From IMG/VR virus record IMGVR_UViG_3300033463_000012: a stretch of 64,000 bases of DNA; one strand, 5' to 3'. How positions within the stretch are numbered: position 1 is the stretch's first letter; each line of letters starts with the position of its first letter. The stretch is from a virus (lineage: Duplodnaviria > Caudoviricetes). The notes under the pieces are model-generated. The model was not told the DNA's origin. It was given only the letters and a program-made list of their open reading frames with translations, and searched no databases. Position numbers and translations under genes: made by a program. Of the stretch, positions 1 to 10,372 are shown piece by piece.

Positions 1-1
1 A

Positions 2-364
2 GCAGATTATGAATTCGAAGACGAAGATGCAGATACCATAGATTTTGCATACAATTATGTTAAGACTGGAGATAATGGACACTATGGCAATGACCCCGAT
101 GCAGAAGGTTATGCTTATGCAAAGTTGAACATAGATGGAAATATCAATATAGAGGATTACATTATTCCGGTGATTGAAGGCGCTTTGGGCATAGTGAATG
201 ATCCTAGCAATGGCTTTATTGACAAAGATGCTAGTTTAAGTGAAGATGAACTTCTGTCTGCAGAAAATATCTTCATCGATGCACTTGTCAAAACATATAA
301 TTCAAATGGATATGACAAAGAATTGAACGATTTGGATGGAAAAGAATTCGAGGAAAATTTTTAA
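2..364 (+). CDS. acidic hypothetical protein, 5' truncated by window edge
   Basis: Frame is open from base 2 (ADYEFEDEDADT...) to TAA at 364; very D/E rich. Confidence 0.7.
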   Translation, partial: ADYEFEDEDADTIDFAYNYVKTGDNGHYGNDPDAEGYAYAKLNIDGNINIEDYIIPVIEGALGIVNDPSNGFIDKDASLSEDELLSAENIFIDALVKTYNSNGYDKELNDLDGKEFEENF

Positions 365-387
365 GGTAGTCAAAAGATGATAAATAC

Positions 388-421
388 AAACCCTGCCCCT
401 CAAAAGGCAGGGTTTTCTTTT
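388..421 (+). terminator. intrinsic terminator
   Basis: AAACCCTGCC-loop-GGCAGGGTTT followed by T-rich tail. Confidence 0.8.
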
Positions 422-452
422 GACCCTTCATCCAAATTTTTATTATATTATA
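420..452 (+). promoter_or_regulatory. early sigma70-like promoter
   Basis: TTGACC...TATTATATTATA upstream of GGAGG and the RNase H ATG. Confidence 0.7.
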
Positions 453-477
453 CTCAGGAAAACCACTCGGAGGTTCC

Positions 478-1353
478 ATGACTCTATTTCTTGACTGGTC
501 AAACTACATGTATCGGTGCCTGTTCGTCTCCCGAAATCAGGATCCTTTTGACGATGAGTTCAAACTTTGGCGCCATATCATTTTCCGCTGCCTCATGGAT
601 GAAATCAAGTCATTCAATCCCGACGAGGTGGTGATCGCGGGGGACGGCAGAAATCCTTGGAGAAAGGCGATTTATGCAGATTACAAGGCCGGCCGAAACA
701 AGGGAAGGGAGGAATCCCCAGTTGATTTCGACAAATTCTTTCAGGTTGCAGAAGAGTTCTGGCTTGAATTGAAGGAATCTTTCCCCAACATCAAGTGGCT
801 CAAAAAGGAAAGAATCGAAGCCGACGACATCGTGGGGGTTCTGGTGAAGAATCTGCATAAAGATTGCATGGCCATTACCACGGACAAGGACTACATTCAG
901 CTCCTCAAATACCCGGGCTTCAGACTGTTCAACCCGATCAAACGGGAAGATGTGAAATCCTTGAATCCCAAAATGGATTTGGATGTCAAGTGCATCTGCG
1001 GAGACGGGTCGGACAACATCTCCGGAATCAAGCGCGGAATCGGTCCTAAACGTGCGGAGAAGTTGCTGACCGAAGGAAAGCTGGACGAATTTCTGAACAA
1101 GGACGAAGAAGCGAAAAATTCCTATGTTCGCAATCGTCAGCTGATCGACATGGACAACATTCCTCAGGACATTCAGCTGGAAATCCTGAACGAATACAAG
1201 TCCTATCCAGTTCAGCGGTTCGACACGGAAAGGTTCAAGAAGTTCATTATGAAGAACAGCCCAAGCATGATCCTTGAAACATCCTCCCTCGCAGCCAGTC
1301 TTTCCAAGGTCGGCAGTGTTCCGATATCCAATATAGACAGTTTCATCCAGTAG
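478..1353 (+). CDS. rnh: T4-like RNase H / 5'-3' flap exonuclease
   Basis: LFLDWSN, PWRK..Y..YKAGR, EADDI, TTDKDYIQL, GDGSDNISGI..GIGPKRA motifs of the FEN/T4 RNase H family. Confidence 0.92.
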   Translation: MTLFLDWSNYMYRCLFVSRNQDPFDDEFKLWRHIIFRCLMDEIKSFNPDEVVIAGDGRNPWRKAIYADYKAGRNKGREESPVDFDKFFQVAEEFWLELKESFPNIKWLKKERIEADDIVGVLVKNLHKDCMAITTDKDYIQLLKYPGFRLFNPIKREDVKSLNPKMDLDVKCICGDGSDNISGIKRGIGPKRAEKLLTEGKLDEFLNKDEEAKNSYVRNRQLIDMDNIPQDIQLEILNEYKSYPVQRFDTERFKKFIMKNSPSMILETSSLAASLSKVGSVPISNIDSFIQ

Positions 1354-1460
1354 GCTCCCTGGCTGTCTAGGAGCCACTCAGGGGCCATTTCTGATGAGGT
1401 AGCTATAACTTACTAGCTCTCGAACAAATGAATCCTAGACCATCCTGGAAGCTGTAGGAG
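1352..1460 (+). repeat. dispersed ~110-bp quasi-palindromic element, copy 1
   Basis: Core GGTAGCTATAACTTACTAGC at 1398-1417; arms colinear with copy 2. Confidence 0.85.
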
Positions 1461-1468
1461 AGTTGTAG

Positions 1469-1780
1469 ATGATAGCAGAGCCATTTGAGCAACAATTGTT
1501 TGTAAAAATCATTTCAAAGAAATTGGAAGAGTTCGGAATATCGCTTGTTAGTTGTCGCTATGAGTATGACTCGATTACTTCTACTCCTGTGAAGTTTAAT
1601 AATTTCATATATTTTATAGATTTTAGTGATGAAGATGAATTAAAGGTAGTGCACATCACCTACCCCAATTTTCCAGTTCCTATGCAAATTTCGTCTTTTA
1701 AGGAAAAATCAATGAAAGAAATAATCGAAAAGGTGACTAGATTCTTTGTAGAACATAAAGACGATTCCAGGTTGATCTGA
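1469..1780 (+). CDS. shared-helix-motif family protein (N-terminal motif FEQQLFVKIISKKL)
   Basis: ORF with GGAG upstream; family motif. Confidence 0.75.
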   Translation: MIAEPFEQQLFVKIISKKLEEFGISLVSCRYEYDSITSTPVKFNNFIYFIDFSDEDELKVVHITYPNFPVPMQISSFKEKSMKEIIEKVTRFFVEHKDDSRLI

Positions 1781-2130
1781 TGAGTTTCCAAACTTCACTG
1801 CTAATCAACATTCTGCAAAAGAAATTGGCAGAACATGGTTGGGAAATCGACATCAGTTTTGATTCAGTGGTTCCCGGTTGCACATTCTTTTATGTCTGGA
1901 CAAAAGATGATAAAATAATGTTCCGGATTCATGTGGAATTCAATGGAGATATCGGCCACGTGTTCATCAGAAAAATATGGAAGGACGGTGTATCTCATAA
2001 AATTCCTGACATCTGGTCCAAAGAGGAAAGCGAGCTGATCAACAAGACAATCGAAGCGATGGAAAACGAAAAACATCTCAAGACAAGGGTGAAGAAGAAG
2101 GATGTCTTGAATAGGATAAAGGGGAAATGA
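1780..2130 (+). CDS. shared-helix-motif family protein (FQTSLLINILQKKL)
   Basis: Overlapping stop/start with the previous gene; family motif. Confidence 0.75.
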   Translation: MSFQTSLLINILQKKLAEHGWEIDISFDSVVPGCTFFYVWTKDDKIMFRIHVEFNGDIGHVFIRKIWKDGVSHKIPDIWSKEESELINKTIEAMENEKHLKTRVKKKDVLNRIKGK

Positions 2131-3149
2131 TAGCTGCACAGGCATTCTTCACTCGCAGCAATGGTGGTGTTCGTGGGGACATGACACAGGACTTTTGGTT
2201 TCATGTCGGATTCAAGGACACTGACATAAAGATGATACAATATGCTAAGGACAATCCTGATGACGTGGACTTTGTCCTTTCTGGTCGGTCTCCTTTCCTT
2301 GACGATTTCATAGCCAGGGACATGATGGAATATCTTGACAAACGACCTGGCTGCAAACTCATCTTGATCGAAGGTGGTCGTTTCCCTGAATATCATTTTC
2401 CTGAGTCTGGACCTTGTCGTGAAATTCTGTCCCGAGTCAAGTTGTTTCTGCACAACTCCGAATTTCTGTCAGAAGATTGGGACGTAATTTCTCATACAGT
2501 GAAATCGAGTCAGATAAAGATGACAAATCTCAATGTATTCACTCCGAGTTTCCCTGACATCATTCCATTGGAAGAACGCTTGCCTAATGTGTTCATGTTC
2601 GGAGCGGTTTCGGAATACAAGGGAACATTGGACTTTTGGCACAACTTTGATTCCTACAAGAATGACAAATATGCCTTTGGTTCCGCAGGTTCAGTTGGTC
2701 CTCATGTCATGATGCAGAACAAGATTGAATATGTCAAGGCGCAGATGAATCAGCCACTGAACAAAAACATATTCAATTTCGTCGGTGCATACGAGAAGGG
2801 ATGCAAATGGATTGAATGGTTCCTTCCTCATACTCGGTTCGCATTGTTCGGTTGGAAGCCAAGGCCTTGTATGATCGAGGCACCTGAGTATTCCTTTCTT
2901 GAATGCATTGACAGAGGAGTTCCGGTTGTGGTCAGGAAGGACTGGTTGGACTCGATCAAGGTATTCGGGCGGAAACCTGACATTCAGAATTCGGGAATCA
3001 TCACCTTTGAAGATTGGTCAGAGTTGAAGGACTTGGACAAATACGAGCCAGACTACACTGACATCATTCAAAAACAGCGAGACTTCCTTTCCAAATGGTG
3101 GGGAAAATCCGTAGCGGAAAACTTGGAAAAACTGTTCAGCGAGGCATAG
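2127..3149 (+). CDS. GT-B glycosyltransferase, T4 alpha-glucosyltransferase-like
   Basis: FGAVSEYKG and APEYSFLECIDRGVPVVVRK resemble the T4 Agt GRTTTWKG and SLEYTHLELGACGTIPVFWK segments as recalled; lies among replication genes. Confidence 0.6.
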   Translation: MIAAQAFFTRSNGGVRGDMTQDFWFHVGFKDTDIKMIQYAKDNPDDVDFVLSGRSPFLDDFIARDMMEYLDKRPGCKLILIEGGRFPEYHFPESGPCREILSRVKLFLHNSEFLSEDWDVISHTVKSSQIKMTNLNVFTPSFPDIIPLEERLPNVFMFGAVSEYKGTLDFWHNFDSYKNDKYAFGSAGSVGPHVMMQNKIEYVKAQMNQPLNKNIFNFVGAYEKGCKWIEWFLPHTRFALFGWKPRPCMIEAPEYSFLECIDRGVPVVVRKDWLDSIKVFGRKPDIQNSGIITFEDWSELKDLDKYEPDYTDIIQKQRDFLSKWWGKSVAENLEKLFSEA

Positions 3150-3185
3150 AATAGTTATATTTGGCCTATAAGGAGAAAATCATAG

Positions 3186-4142
3186 ATGAGTGCTTCTGAC
3201 ATCTGGGTTGAAAAGTATCGCCCGTCTCACGTGAAGAATGTCGTCATGCCTGAACAATATCACAAGTTCTTTCAGGACATGGTGGACGAAGGTACATGCA
3301 AGAACGTGTTGCTTTACAGTTCCACCCCTGGTTCCGGGAAGACTTCTTTGGCCAAGGCGATTGTGAATGACCTCAAAGCCGACTGCAAATACATAAACAT
3401 TTCGGCTCAACGAGGCATCGATGTCCTAAGAGATGAAATCACCACCTTTGCGACCACCCAGTCATTTGTGGCCGATGGAAAGAAAATCATCATCTGTGAT
3501 GAGTTCGATGGAGCTACGGTCGCACTGCAGCAGGCACTTCGTGCAGCCATTGAAACCTACGAGAAGAATTGCAGATTCATTCTCACCTGCAATTACGTGG
3601 AAAAGATCATCCCGGCTCTGCGTGAAGGTCGACTGCAGATGTTCGACTTCAATTTCCAGGACGAGAAGTTCAGGAAGGAATTGCGGCCGAAGATGATCGA
3701 ACGTGTTTCCGGAATCCTCAAGCACGAGAATGTCGAATTCGAGCAAGAGGCAGTGAACGAGATAGTGGACAAAAACTATCCCTCGCTCAGAAAGATGTTG
3801 TCCATGGTTTCCAAGGTAGCCAGCATGTACGGGAAGGTTACCCTGGAGAACATATCCACATCCGAGACACTTCGACAGCAGTTGTACAAGTTGATCGAAG
3901 ACAAGGATTTGACGGGCGCGCGGAAGTTCGTCATAAACAACTCCTTGGACGTCGGCGAGCTGTATTCCCAGATGTGGCGGGAATGGGTGAACGACATGGA
4001 CATTCAAGTTCAGGCGGTGTTGATCCCGAAGCTGGCTACCTATCAGTATCAGCACAACTTCGTCTTGGACCCTGAGTTGAATTTCACCGCTTGCATCCTG
4101 GAAATCATCAGTGCACTCTGCGAGGTCAACGACAAGCAATGA
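3186..4142 (+). CDS. sliding clamp loader AAA+ subunit (T4 gp44 / RFC small-like)
   Basis: WVEKYRP, Walker A PGSGKT, Walker B IICDEFD, QQALR, RFILTCN. Confidence 0.93.
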   Translation: MSASDIWVEKYRPSHVKNVVMPEQYHKFFQDMVDEGTCKNVLLYSSTPGSGKTSLAKAIVNDLKADCKYINISAQRGIDVLRDEITTFATTQSFVADGKKIIICDEFDGATVALQQALRAAIETYEKNCRFILTCNYVEKIIPALREGRLQMFDFNFQDEKFRKELRPKMIERVSGILKHENVEFEQEAVNEIVDKNYPSLRKMLSMVSKVASMYGKVTLENISTSETLRQQLYKLIEDKDLTGARKFVINNSLDVGELYSQMWREWVNDMDIQVQAVLIPKLATYQYQHNFVLDPELNFTACILEIISALCEVNDKQ

Positions 4143-4666
4143 CCAGTTATGAGGTCTTCAAGATAATTCTCAACTTCAGAGCCAAGCACTGTGGTTGTGG
4201 AATCAGACTTCCTATTTGCGACAAGTGGGAAAGGGAAAACAGAAACCCGAAGTCGAGCATAATCTTCATCTGCAATCAATTGTCAAACTTGTCTCAAACC
4301 AAGGAAGACATTGAATTTTTCGTGGGTTTGGCTCATGTGAAGTTCGGTGATCCTTGGGAAAATATGAAAAAATTTCTTGAAAAAAACACTCCACTCTCCC
4401 TCAAGAAAGAGCTATATTTAAGAACAGAACAGGACAACAAGTCCTTGGACAAACTTCTGAAAACCTCCAATATGTCCCTGTATGACCTCTTCAAATCTCC
4501 TCCGGGTGGAAACTCGATAGCGACCGCCCTGCTGAGGAATTTGTTGATAAACCCGTGGTGCTACGTCAATCACCTCAACGTAGTGGACGGACTCAAACTC
4601 AAAAAGGATGAGGTGAAAACATTGCGCATAGTAAAGGAGATAACACATGCCAAGAAACAACATTGA
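4139..4666 (+). CDS. putative helicase loader (T4 gp59-like)
   Basis: Likely start MTSYEVFKIILNFRAKH resembles gp59 N-termini; sits directly upstream of gp32 as in T4. Confidence 0.5.
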   Translation: MTSYEVFKIILNFRAKHCGCGIRLPICDKWERENRNPKSSIIFICNQLSNLSQTKEDIEFFVGLAHVKFGDPWENMKKFLEKNTPLSLKKELYLRTEQDNKSLDKLLKTSNMSLYDLFKSPPGGNSIATALLRNLLINPWCYVNHLNVVDGLKLKKDEVKTLRIVKEITHAKKQH

Positions 4667-5516
4667 TTTTTCGTCCCTCAAAGCCCAGATTGACCAGATG
4701 TCGCATCGTGGTCCGAAGCGTCAGCCGTCAGACCCTCGCTTCTACGATCTCACTTTCCCTGAAGGCGAGACTCGTGCCACCGCGATCATCCGTTTCCTTC
4801 CTTCCAAGATTGGCGATCCTAACTGCTTCGTCAACGTGAAGTCGCACTGGTTCAAGTATTCGACCCCGGAAGGAACCCGCAACTTCTATGAACCCTGCCC
4901 TCGCACCATCGGTCATAAGTGCCCCATTTGTGACTACGCCTTCGCCCACAAGGACGACAAGGGGAAGATGGCCGGCGACGCCTTCATCACCAACATCATG
5001 GTGATCAAGGATCCCAACAAGCCCGAGAATGAAGGCAAGGTTTTCCTGTTCCGTTTCAAGAGGGACGTCTGGAAGAAGATTCAGCAGGTGATTTCTCCTG
5101 AAGACGGCATTGATGAACCCGCGAACATCTTTGACTTGGAAAGCGCTCCCAACCTCAAGTTGGTTTGCACCAAGCGTTCCGTTCCTGGTTTCGTCCGCCC
5201 TGTCGCTCGCTACGATGAATCCGCTTGGACTTCTCCCACCCCGATCATCATCAAGGGCGAGAAGATGTCCGAGGAGTTCTTGGACAGCATCAACGACAAG
5301 GTCTATTCCCTGGAAGAATTCATCGCTCCTGACAAGTTCAAGAGCTATGAAGAATTGCAGGGCAAGTTCGACCTCGCCGTGAACACCCTCTCGGAAGTTC
5401 CCAATGAAGCCGAAGCGCCTTCTGCAGAAATTCCGGAATCCTCCCCCAAGACTGACTCCAACAAGTTCGTGAAGGGTCAGGACACCGTCGGGGAAGATTT
5501 CTTTGACAACCTTTAG
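4647..5516 (+). CDS. single-stranded DNA-binding protein (T4 gp32-like)
   Basis: DPRFY, AIIRFLP, HWF, CPRTIGHKCPIC zinc site, NIMVIKDP..PENEGKVFLFRF, YDESAW, acidic tail ending DFFDNL. Confidence 0.93.
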   Translation: MPRNNIDFSSLKAQIDQMSHRGPKRQPSDPRFYDLTFPEGETRATAIIRFLPSKIGDPNCFVNVKSHWFKYSTPEGTRNFYEPCPRTIGHKCPICDYAFAHKDDKGKMAGDAFITNIMVIKDPNKPENEGKVFLFRFKRDVWKKIQQVISPEDGIDEPANIFDLESAPNLKLVCTKRSVPGFVRPVARYDESAWTSPTPIIIKGEKMSEEFLDSINDKVYSLEEFIAPDKFKSYEELQGKFDLAVNTLSEVPNEAEAPSAEIPESSPKTDSNKFVKGQDTVGEDFFDNL

Positions 5517-5539
5517 TGTGTAAATCCTCTCACACCGTC

Positions 5540-5570
5540 GGGGGCTCCTAACTGAGCCCCCTTTTCTTTT
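5540..5570 (+). terminator. intrinsic terminator after gp32
   Basis: GGGGGCTC-loop-GAGCCCCC then TTTTCTTTT. Confidence 0.85.
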
Positions 5571-5590
5571 GTCTCCATTATTCAAAAGAA

Positions 5591-5700
5591 AGGCTCCCTG
5601 ACTGCACAGGAAAGTCAAGGAGCCACTTTCTGATGATGCTAGTATAAACTACTAGGCCTATGTACAAATGGCCTAGGACTCATCCTGGTCAGTGTCAGAG
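5591..5700 (+). repeat. dispersed ~110-bp element, copy 2
   Basis: Core GCTAGTATAAACTACTAGG (CTAGTA-N5-TACTAG palindrome) at 5638-5656; between convergent genes, overlapping the end of the 5673 ORF. Confidence 0.85.
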
Positions 5701-6170
5701 AATTTCTCCCTGGACTTGCGAACATTCTCGTCCAGCTTGCGGATGCATTCCCAGTTGGCCATGGGGACGATGGTGTAATTTCCGAGACAGGGAAGACTTT
5801 TCTTTTTCGACTGAGGAAAAACCTCCTGTCCGATGAGGAAATTCTTGATGAGTCCTTCGACGGAAATGTCCAGAGAGGGATCAATTTCCTTGGCTTCGTT
5901 CAGGATTCGGTCGACCTTCGCTTCAATCCACGGGGTCAACTTGAAATACTTCCCGCGGCCCACCTGCTTGTAGACGAAAAAGCCACCGCTCACCATGGCG
6001 GCGACCAATTCATTGCAGGAAATGTAGCCCTTGGACTTGAACATGATGGAATCCGCGTTCACCCCTTCCGGAAAGCAATAGGGGACGAAAAGCATCTTCA
6101 TGTAGGTGGAAAATCTCACCTTGCCGTTTTTCACGGTATATGGCGTCTTGAAAGTAGGAACATTGACCAT
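5673..6170 (-). CDS. hypothetical protein
   Basis: Start reassigned to ATG 6170 (CAGGAGG RBS; early promoter at 6201). Confidence 0.7.
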   Translation of the reverse strand: MVNVPTFKTPYTVKNGKVRFSTYMKMLFVPYCFPEGVNADSIMFKSKGYISCNELVAAMVSGGFFVYKQVGRGKYFKLTPWIEAKVDRILNEAKEIDPSLDISVEGLIKNFLIGQEVFPQSKKKSLPCLGNYTIVPMANWECIRKLDENVRKSREKFSDTDQDES

Positions 6171-6200
6171 AGTGGCCTCCTGACATAGTGTGGTTCTATG

Positions 6201-6238
6201 TATAATATAATAACTTTTCGGCCAAATGGTATACAAAA
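6201..6238 (-). promoter_or_regulatory. early promoter
   Basis: TTGTATAC...TATTATATTATA on the minus strand. Confidence 0.7.
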
Positions 6239-6259
6239 TTTGAAGAAAATTCACCTGGA

Positions 6260-6266
6260 CTAAATT
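6260..6266 (+). promoter_or_regulatory. late-type promoter box CTAAATT
   Basis: Recurs upstream of structural genes; analogous to T4 TATAAATA. Confidence 0.55.
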
Positions 6267-6305
6267 GACCAGGAAAAGGATCAAATCGTATTCAGGGTAG
6301 GATAT

Positions 6306-9300
6306 ATGGCCAATTCATACGATTACAACGAAGTTCAGCCGGGTGCATCTGACATTGACCGTGAGGCTTGGCCCGTCATGTATGACCCCTATGGGGACGA
6401 TGACGGGTTGAAGGAAGTATCAACCAAAGACACGAACACGGTGGACTTGTCGGGGAAGGGGACATCCAACAGCAAGTTGTCCGCGGACGTGAAGGTGAGC
6501 AAGCAGGAAAACAATGCCTTGAAGGCCTTGTCCGATGGCTTGTATGTGGCGGACAAATCACCTGTCCTGTCGATCAAAGGTTCAGAATTCATTGACGTTT
6601 CCTCGGCGGAGCCACAGCGTCCAGTCATTTCATTGAAGAAATCCGAAGATGAATCCAATGACCTCGTGGACAATGGTGGGCTTTATGTTCATGTTCCGGT
6701 GAAGGAAATTCAGGGTTCCGACACGGTGGACGTTTCCAAGGAAGATGACACTTGGTCAATAGATGTGAAACTTGACCCGAATCAAGGAAATGTCATTCTG
6801 TCCACCGAAAATGGACTGAAGGCGGAGATAGCTTCCGGGGTGATCACAGAGGTCGAGGGTTCCAATTCAATCTCGGCCACAAAAAGCGGGAATGTCTACA
6901 CTCTTGACACACTGATTTCGACCGCAACCGACAATGCCCTTCAATCCACGGAAAACGGGTTGTATGTTCCTAATACCGTGGTCCCTGAAGATTTCATCAA
7001 ATCCGTGGACGACACCGACTCGATCACCCTCACGGTTGACGAGAATGCAAAATTGACTGCAGATGTCAAGGTGGACAACACCAATCCTGGAAACGTGACT
7101 TTCTCCTTTACTCCGAATGGTTTGAAAGGCGAAGTCGAAATTCCTGCGGATTATGTCACTGGAGTTCAGGACACGGCCGACGTCAAGTTGTCAGTGAATG
7201 AAGGAATCCTGAGTGCAGAAATCGCTTCAGGGGTGATTCCTGAAATTCGTGGTTCTGAGTCAATAGACGTTCAGACTTCTGGGAACGTGAATGTAATCAC
7301 GACCAACATATCCAGTGCAGCTGACAATATGATTTCAGTTGCAAGTGGTGGCCTGTATGTTCCTCCGACCGAAATCCCAGATGTTCCTGTGAAGAGTTTG
7401 GTCGAAGGCAATTGTATTGAAATAACTGAAAATCCTTCTGGAACATTTGAAATAGGAACGAAAGTTTCAGAATTTTATGACAATGACCTGACAACCAAAT
7501 CCGATGGACTTTATGTAAGGGTTCCTGTAAAGGAATTCACCGAAGGAAATGGCATAGAAATCAATGACTATGGTGGTGAAGGGAATTTCACCATTGGACT
7601 CAAGGGCTATTCAATAGAAAACCTTGATGGTGAAAATGGCGTAAATGTTCAATCTGATGTCGATGAAACCAGTTGGACAATTTCAGCCAATATCTCGGAA
7701 GACGAGGGAAACAAGGTCGAAATCAGTGAAAATGACCAAGGTCTTTATGTAGGTCCAGAACTTCCCTCTGGTGGTTCAGTCGGCCAGGTGCTGAAGAAAA
7801 CCGCAAATGGTTCCGAATGGGGAGATGAACAAACTCAGTATGTCTCGGGAATCACAGACTCCAACACAATTTCCTTGGCTGTTGATCAAGGTCAGCTTTC
7901 CGCCTCTGCAAACATTTCCAATGAATCCGGAAACATCCTTGAGGACAGAAACGGTCTTTATGTTCCGAATTCAGTGATTCCCCAGGACTTCATTCGGTCG
8001 GTCGGAAACACTGATTCAATTTCCCTGAATGTGGATGCAAATGGGGAACTTACAGCTTCGGCCAGAATAGACACCAACAACCCCGGTAATGTTCACCTGA
8101 GCATCACTGAAGATGGCTTGGTGGCTTCTGCAGACATTCCCGAGGACTACATCAACAACGTGGTCGATTCGGAAACCGTTCATCTTTCAGTGGATGACGG
8201 GGACCTCTCGGCTTCGGCAAAGGTATCTTCAAAGGGAGACAACCAGACTGATCCCGCGAATGCCCTGGAAATCGAACAGGACGGCCTTTGGACTCCCACC
8301 CTCTACCTTGGACCATTCGATTCCTCGGCTCGTCCTTCTGAAGCGATAACTGGTCAATACATTTTCGACACTGACCTTGGATATTGTCTCTATCGTCATG
8401 GAGGTGCATGGGTCAACTCAACCGGCGCCATAGTCGAAGGAAACGTTGAACCCACAGGTCAGGCGGTGGATTGGCTGGTGAATCCGATGACCGCCTATGG
8501 AGACTTGCTCGTGGGTGGACCTAGCGGAACTCCAAGTGCAATGCATGTCGGGCCTTCTGGAGCCTATCTCAAATCCGGTGAAAATGGTCTTGAATGGGGA
8601 GAAGTGAATTCCCTGGTCCTTTCCGACCTGGCCGACAACACAGCCACCGTGATTGAGGATGGACAACATGATGGCCTCTATGTTCCTCCTAGCTCACTTG
8701 AAGGAATGATAACCACTGCAGGTGATTTGATTGCAGGTGACGCCAGTGGTGAACCTGATACATTGTCCAAGGGAACAGTCGGGCAAGTCCTTACCTCGAC
8801 CCAGAACGGAATTGAATGGCAAACCGGTATCCATGCACCCAATGTGGAAATCGCCTCAACCAACAGCACTGACTTGACCTTGTCCTCCCGTAACGCCAAG
8901 TGCCAAATCTACACTGACTCCTCTGAATCCATTTACATAAAGACTTCGGACGATGCACTTTCGGCCAAGATGATCAACATCATCTCCGAACAGGAATATG
9001 GCGACCCGGACCAGTATGGAAACAGGGCCCGGTATCAGTCCTATGTGCAAATTCTGGACACTTATGGCGTCTACATGGCGACGAACAATGGAACCATTAA
9101 CATTTCCAATTACTCGAACAACCTCAACTCCTACATCCAGATAACCAACCAGGGCTCGTCCAATATCAAAATCTACGGTCAGAACGGGTTGACTATCGGT
9201 GCTTTGAACGATAACTGCAAGACCTACTATGGCTGGAGCGACACCCTGATGGAAGGCGGTTTGGTCAACGTCAAGTCGAAGAGCAACACGATGACCATAG

Positions 9301-10370
9301 ACGGATACAGCAACACCTTCATTTACAGCCGAAACGGATATGTTCGTCTGGAAGGCAAAAACGGTATTTATCTGAACCCCAACACCAATGCCGGGGTATA
9401 CGCCAATACCAACAATGGAGGAAACCCGAACACCTCCTACTACGGCGCCTCGTTCTCTTTGACCACCTCCTCGTTCAACACGCAGACGATGTATATGGCC
9501 AACCACGGAACGGCGAGCGAAATCAGCTCCTCGATCGTGGTTTCACAGTCTTACGCCGGGGTTTCCATAGTATCGCAGAACCCCTATGATGGGACGTTCG
9601 TTGCGAAAATGACATACTCCTCGGAAGGCAGTCTCCAATTCGACAACTATCCTTCCGAATACGACGACACAAAGACCTACGAATTACTGGGTATTCAAAC
9701 CGACGATGGAACGGTCGACAAGGTATCCATGACGGATGCCTTCAACTCCGGTTCTCCGATTACCTCTTACGGCGACCTGATCTACGGCGACGCTTCGGGT
9801 ATCGCTTCGGCTCTCCCGATAGGAACCGAGGGGCAGGCTCTTGTTGTGGACTCCTATGGTCAAATCGCCTGGGAAGACAAACCCCGTTCTTGCCAGGAAA
9901 ACTATGCTTTCGTCAACTCCACCAACATCGAAAGTGCAGATGACTACAAGGGAAGATTGTTTGTTTCCCGGGTAATCTGCAACCACGACGGGAACTATTC
10001 GGAACTCGGGTTTGCCCTGAAATCTGGCACCACGGGCAAGGTAGGCATGGCGATATACGACGTGAACAGTGATCTTGTGGCACGGACGGAGCTGATCGAA
10101 ATTTCCAACCCGACAATAGATGGATATATCTACTGGCATGAAACCGAAAACGAATACGTTTTGCATGCCGGGGAAGAATACTACTTCGCGATATGGTTTG
10201 GTGATTACCCATATTCCAATACATTGCAGGTGTTCGCAAAGGTGGTCGACAGCTCCCTTGATGCCTTAATGATGGGGACGGTAATCGGTCAACAGTCGAT
10301 AACGGAAATGCCCACAACTCTTGGAACGCTGAACTATGAACGGTATTGCTTCCACATGTCAGCGAGGTAG
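6306..10370 (+). CDS. large fibre/virion protein 1 (1354 aa)
   Basis: Repeats of the type DSITLTVD..LTADVKVD..GLYVP; MT..GDL..G..G.P..L..G..GQVL modules; S/N/T-rich central region. Confidence 0.8.
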   Translation: MANSYDYNEVQPGASDIDREAWPVMYDPYGDDDGLKEVSTKDTNTVDLSGKGTSNSKLSADVKVSKQENNALKALSDGLYVADKSPVLSIKGSEFIDVSSAEPQRPVISLKKSEDESNDLVDNGGLYVHVPVKEIQGSDTVDVSKEDDTWSIDVKLDPNQGNVILSTENGLKAEIASGVITEVEGSNSISATKSGNVYTLDTLISTATDNALQSTENGLYVPNTVVPEDFIKSVDDTDSITLTVDENAKLTADVKVDNTNPGNVTFSFTPNGLKGEVEIPADYVTGVQDTADVKLSVNEGILSAEIASGVIPEIRGSESIDVQTSGNVNVITTNISSAADNMISVASGGLYVPPTEIPDVPVKSLVEGNCIEITENPSGTFEIGTKVSEFYDNDLTTKSDGLYVRVPVKEFTEGNGIEINDYGGEGNFTIGLKGYSIENLDGENGVNVQSDVDETSWTISANISEDEGNKVEISENDQGLYVGPELPSGGSVGQVLKKTANGSEWGDEQTQYVSGITDSNTISLAVDQGQLSASANISNESGNILEDRNGLYVPNSVIPQDFIRSVGNTDSISLNVDANGELTASARIDTNNPGNVHLSITEDGLVASADIPEDYINNVVDSETVHLSVDDGDLSASAKVSSKGDNQTDPANALEIEQDGLWTPTLYLGPFDSSARPSEAITGQYIFDTDLGYCLYRHGGAWVNSTGAIVEGNVEPTGQAVDWLVNPMTAYGDLLVGGPSGTPSAMHVGPSGAYLKSGENGLEWGEVNSLVLSDLADNTATVIEDGQHDGLYVPPSSLEGMITTAGDLIAGDASGEPDTLSKGTVGQVLTSTQNGIEWQTGIHAPNVEIASTNSTDLTLSSRNAKCQIYTDSSESIYIKTSDDALSAKMINIISEQEYGDPDQYGNRARYQSYVQILDTYGVYMATNNGTINISNYSNNLNSYIQITNQGSSNIKIYGQNGLTIGALNDNCKTYYGWSDTLMEGGLVNVKSKSNTMTIDGYSNTFIYSRNGYVRLEGKNGIYLNPNTNAGVYANTNNGGNPNTSYYGASFSLTTSSFNTQTMYMANHGTASEISSSIVVSQSYAGVSIVSQNPYDGTFVAKMTYSSEGSLQFDNYPSEYDDTKTYELLGIQTDDGTVDKVSMTDAFNSGSPITSYGDLIYGDASGIASALPIGTEGQALVVDSYGQIAWEDKPRSCQENYAFVNSTNIESADDYKGRLFVSRVICNHDGNYSELGFALKSGTTGKVGMAIYDVNSDLVARTELIEISNPTIDGYIYWHETENEYVLHAGEEYYFAIWFGDYPYSNTLQVFAKVVDSSLDALMMGTVIGQQSITEMPTTLGTLNYERYCFHMSAR

Positions 10371-10372
10371 TA

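Noticed and set aside
8880-9620. AAC/TAC-rich stretch in fibre gene 1 as a DGR template repeat
   Set aside because: It is in-frame coding sequence; I saw no second copy differing only at adenines and no reverse transcriptase in the window.
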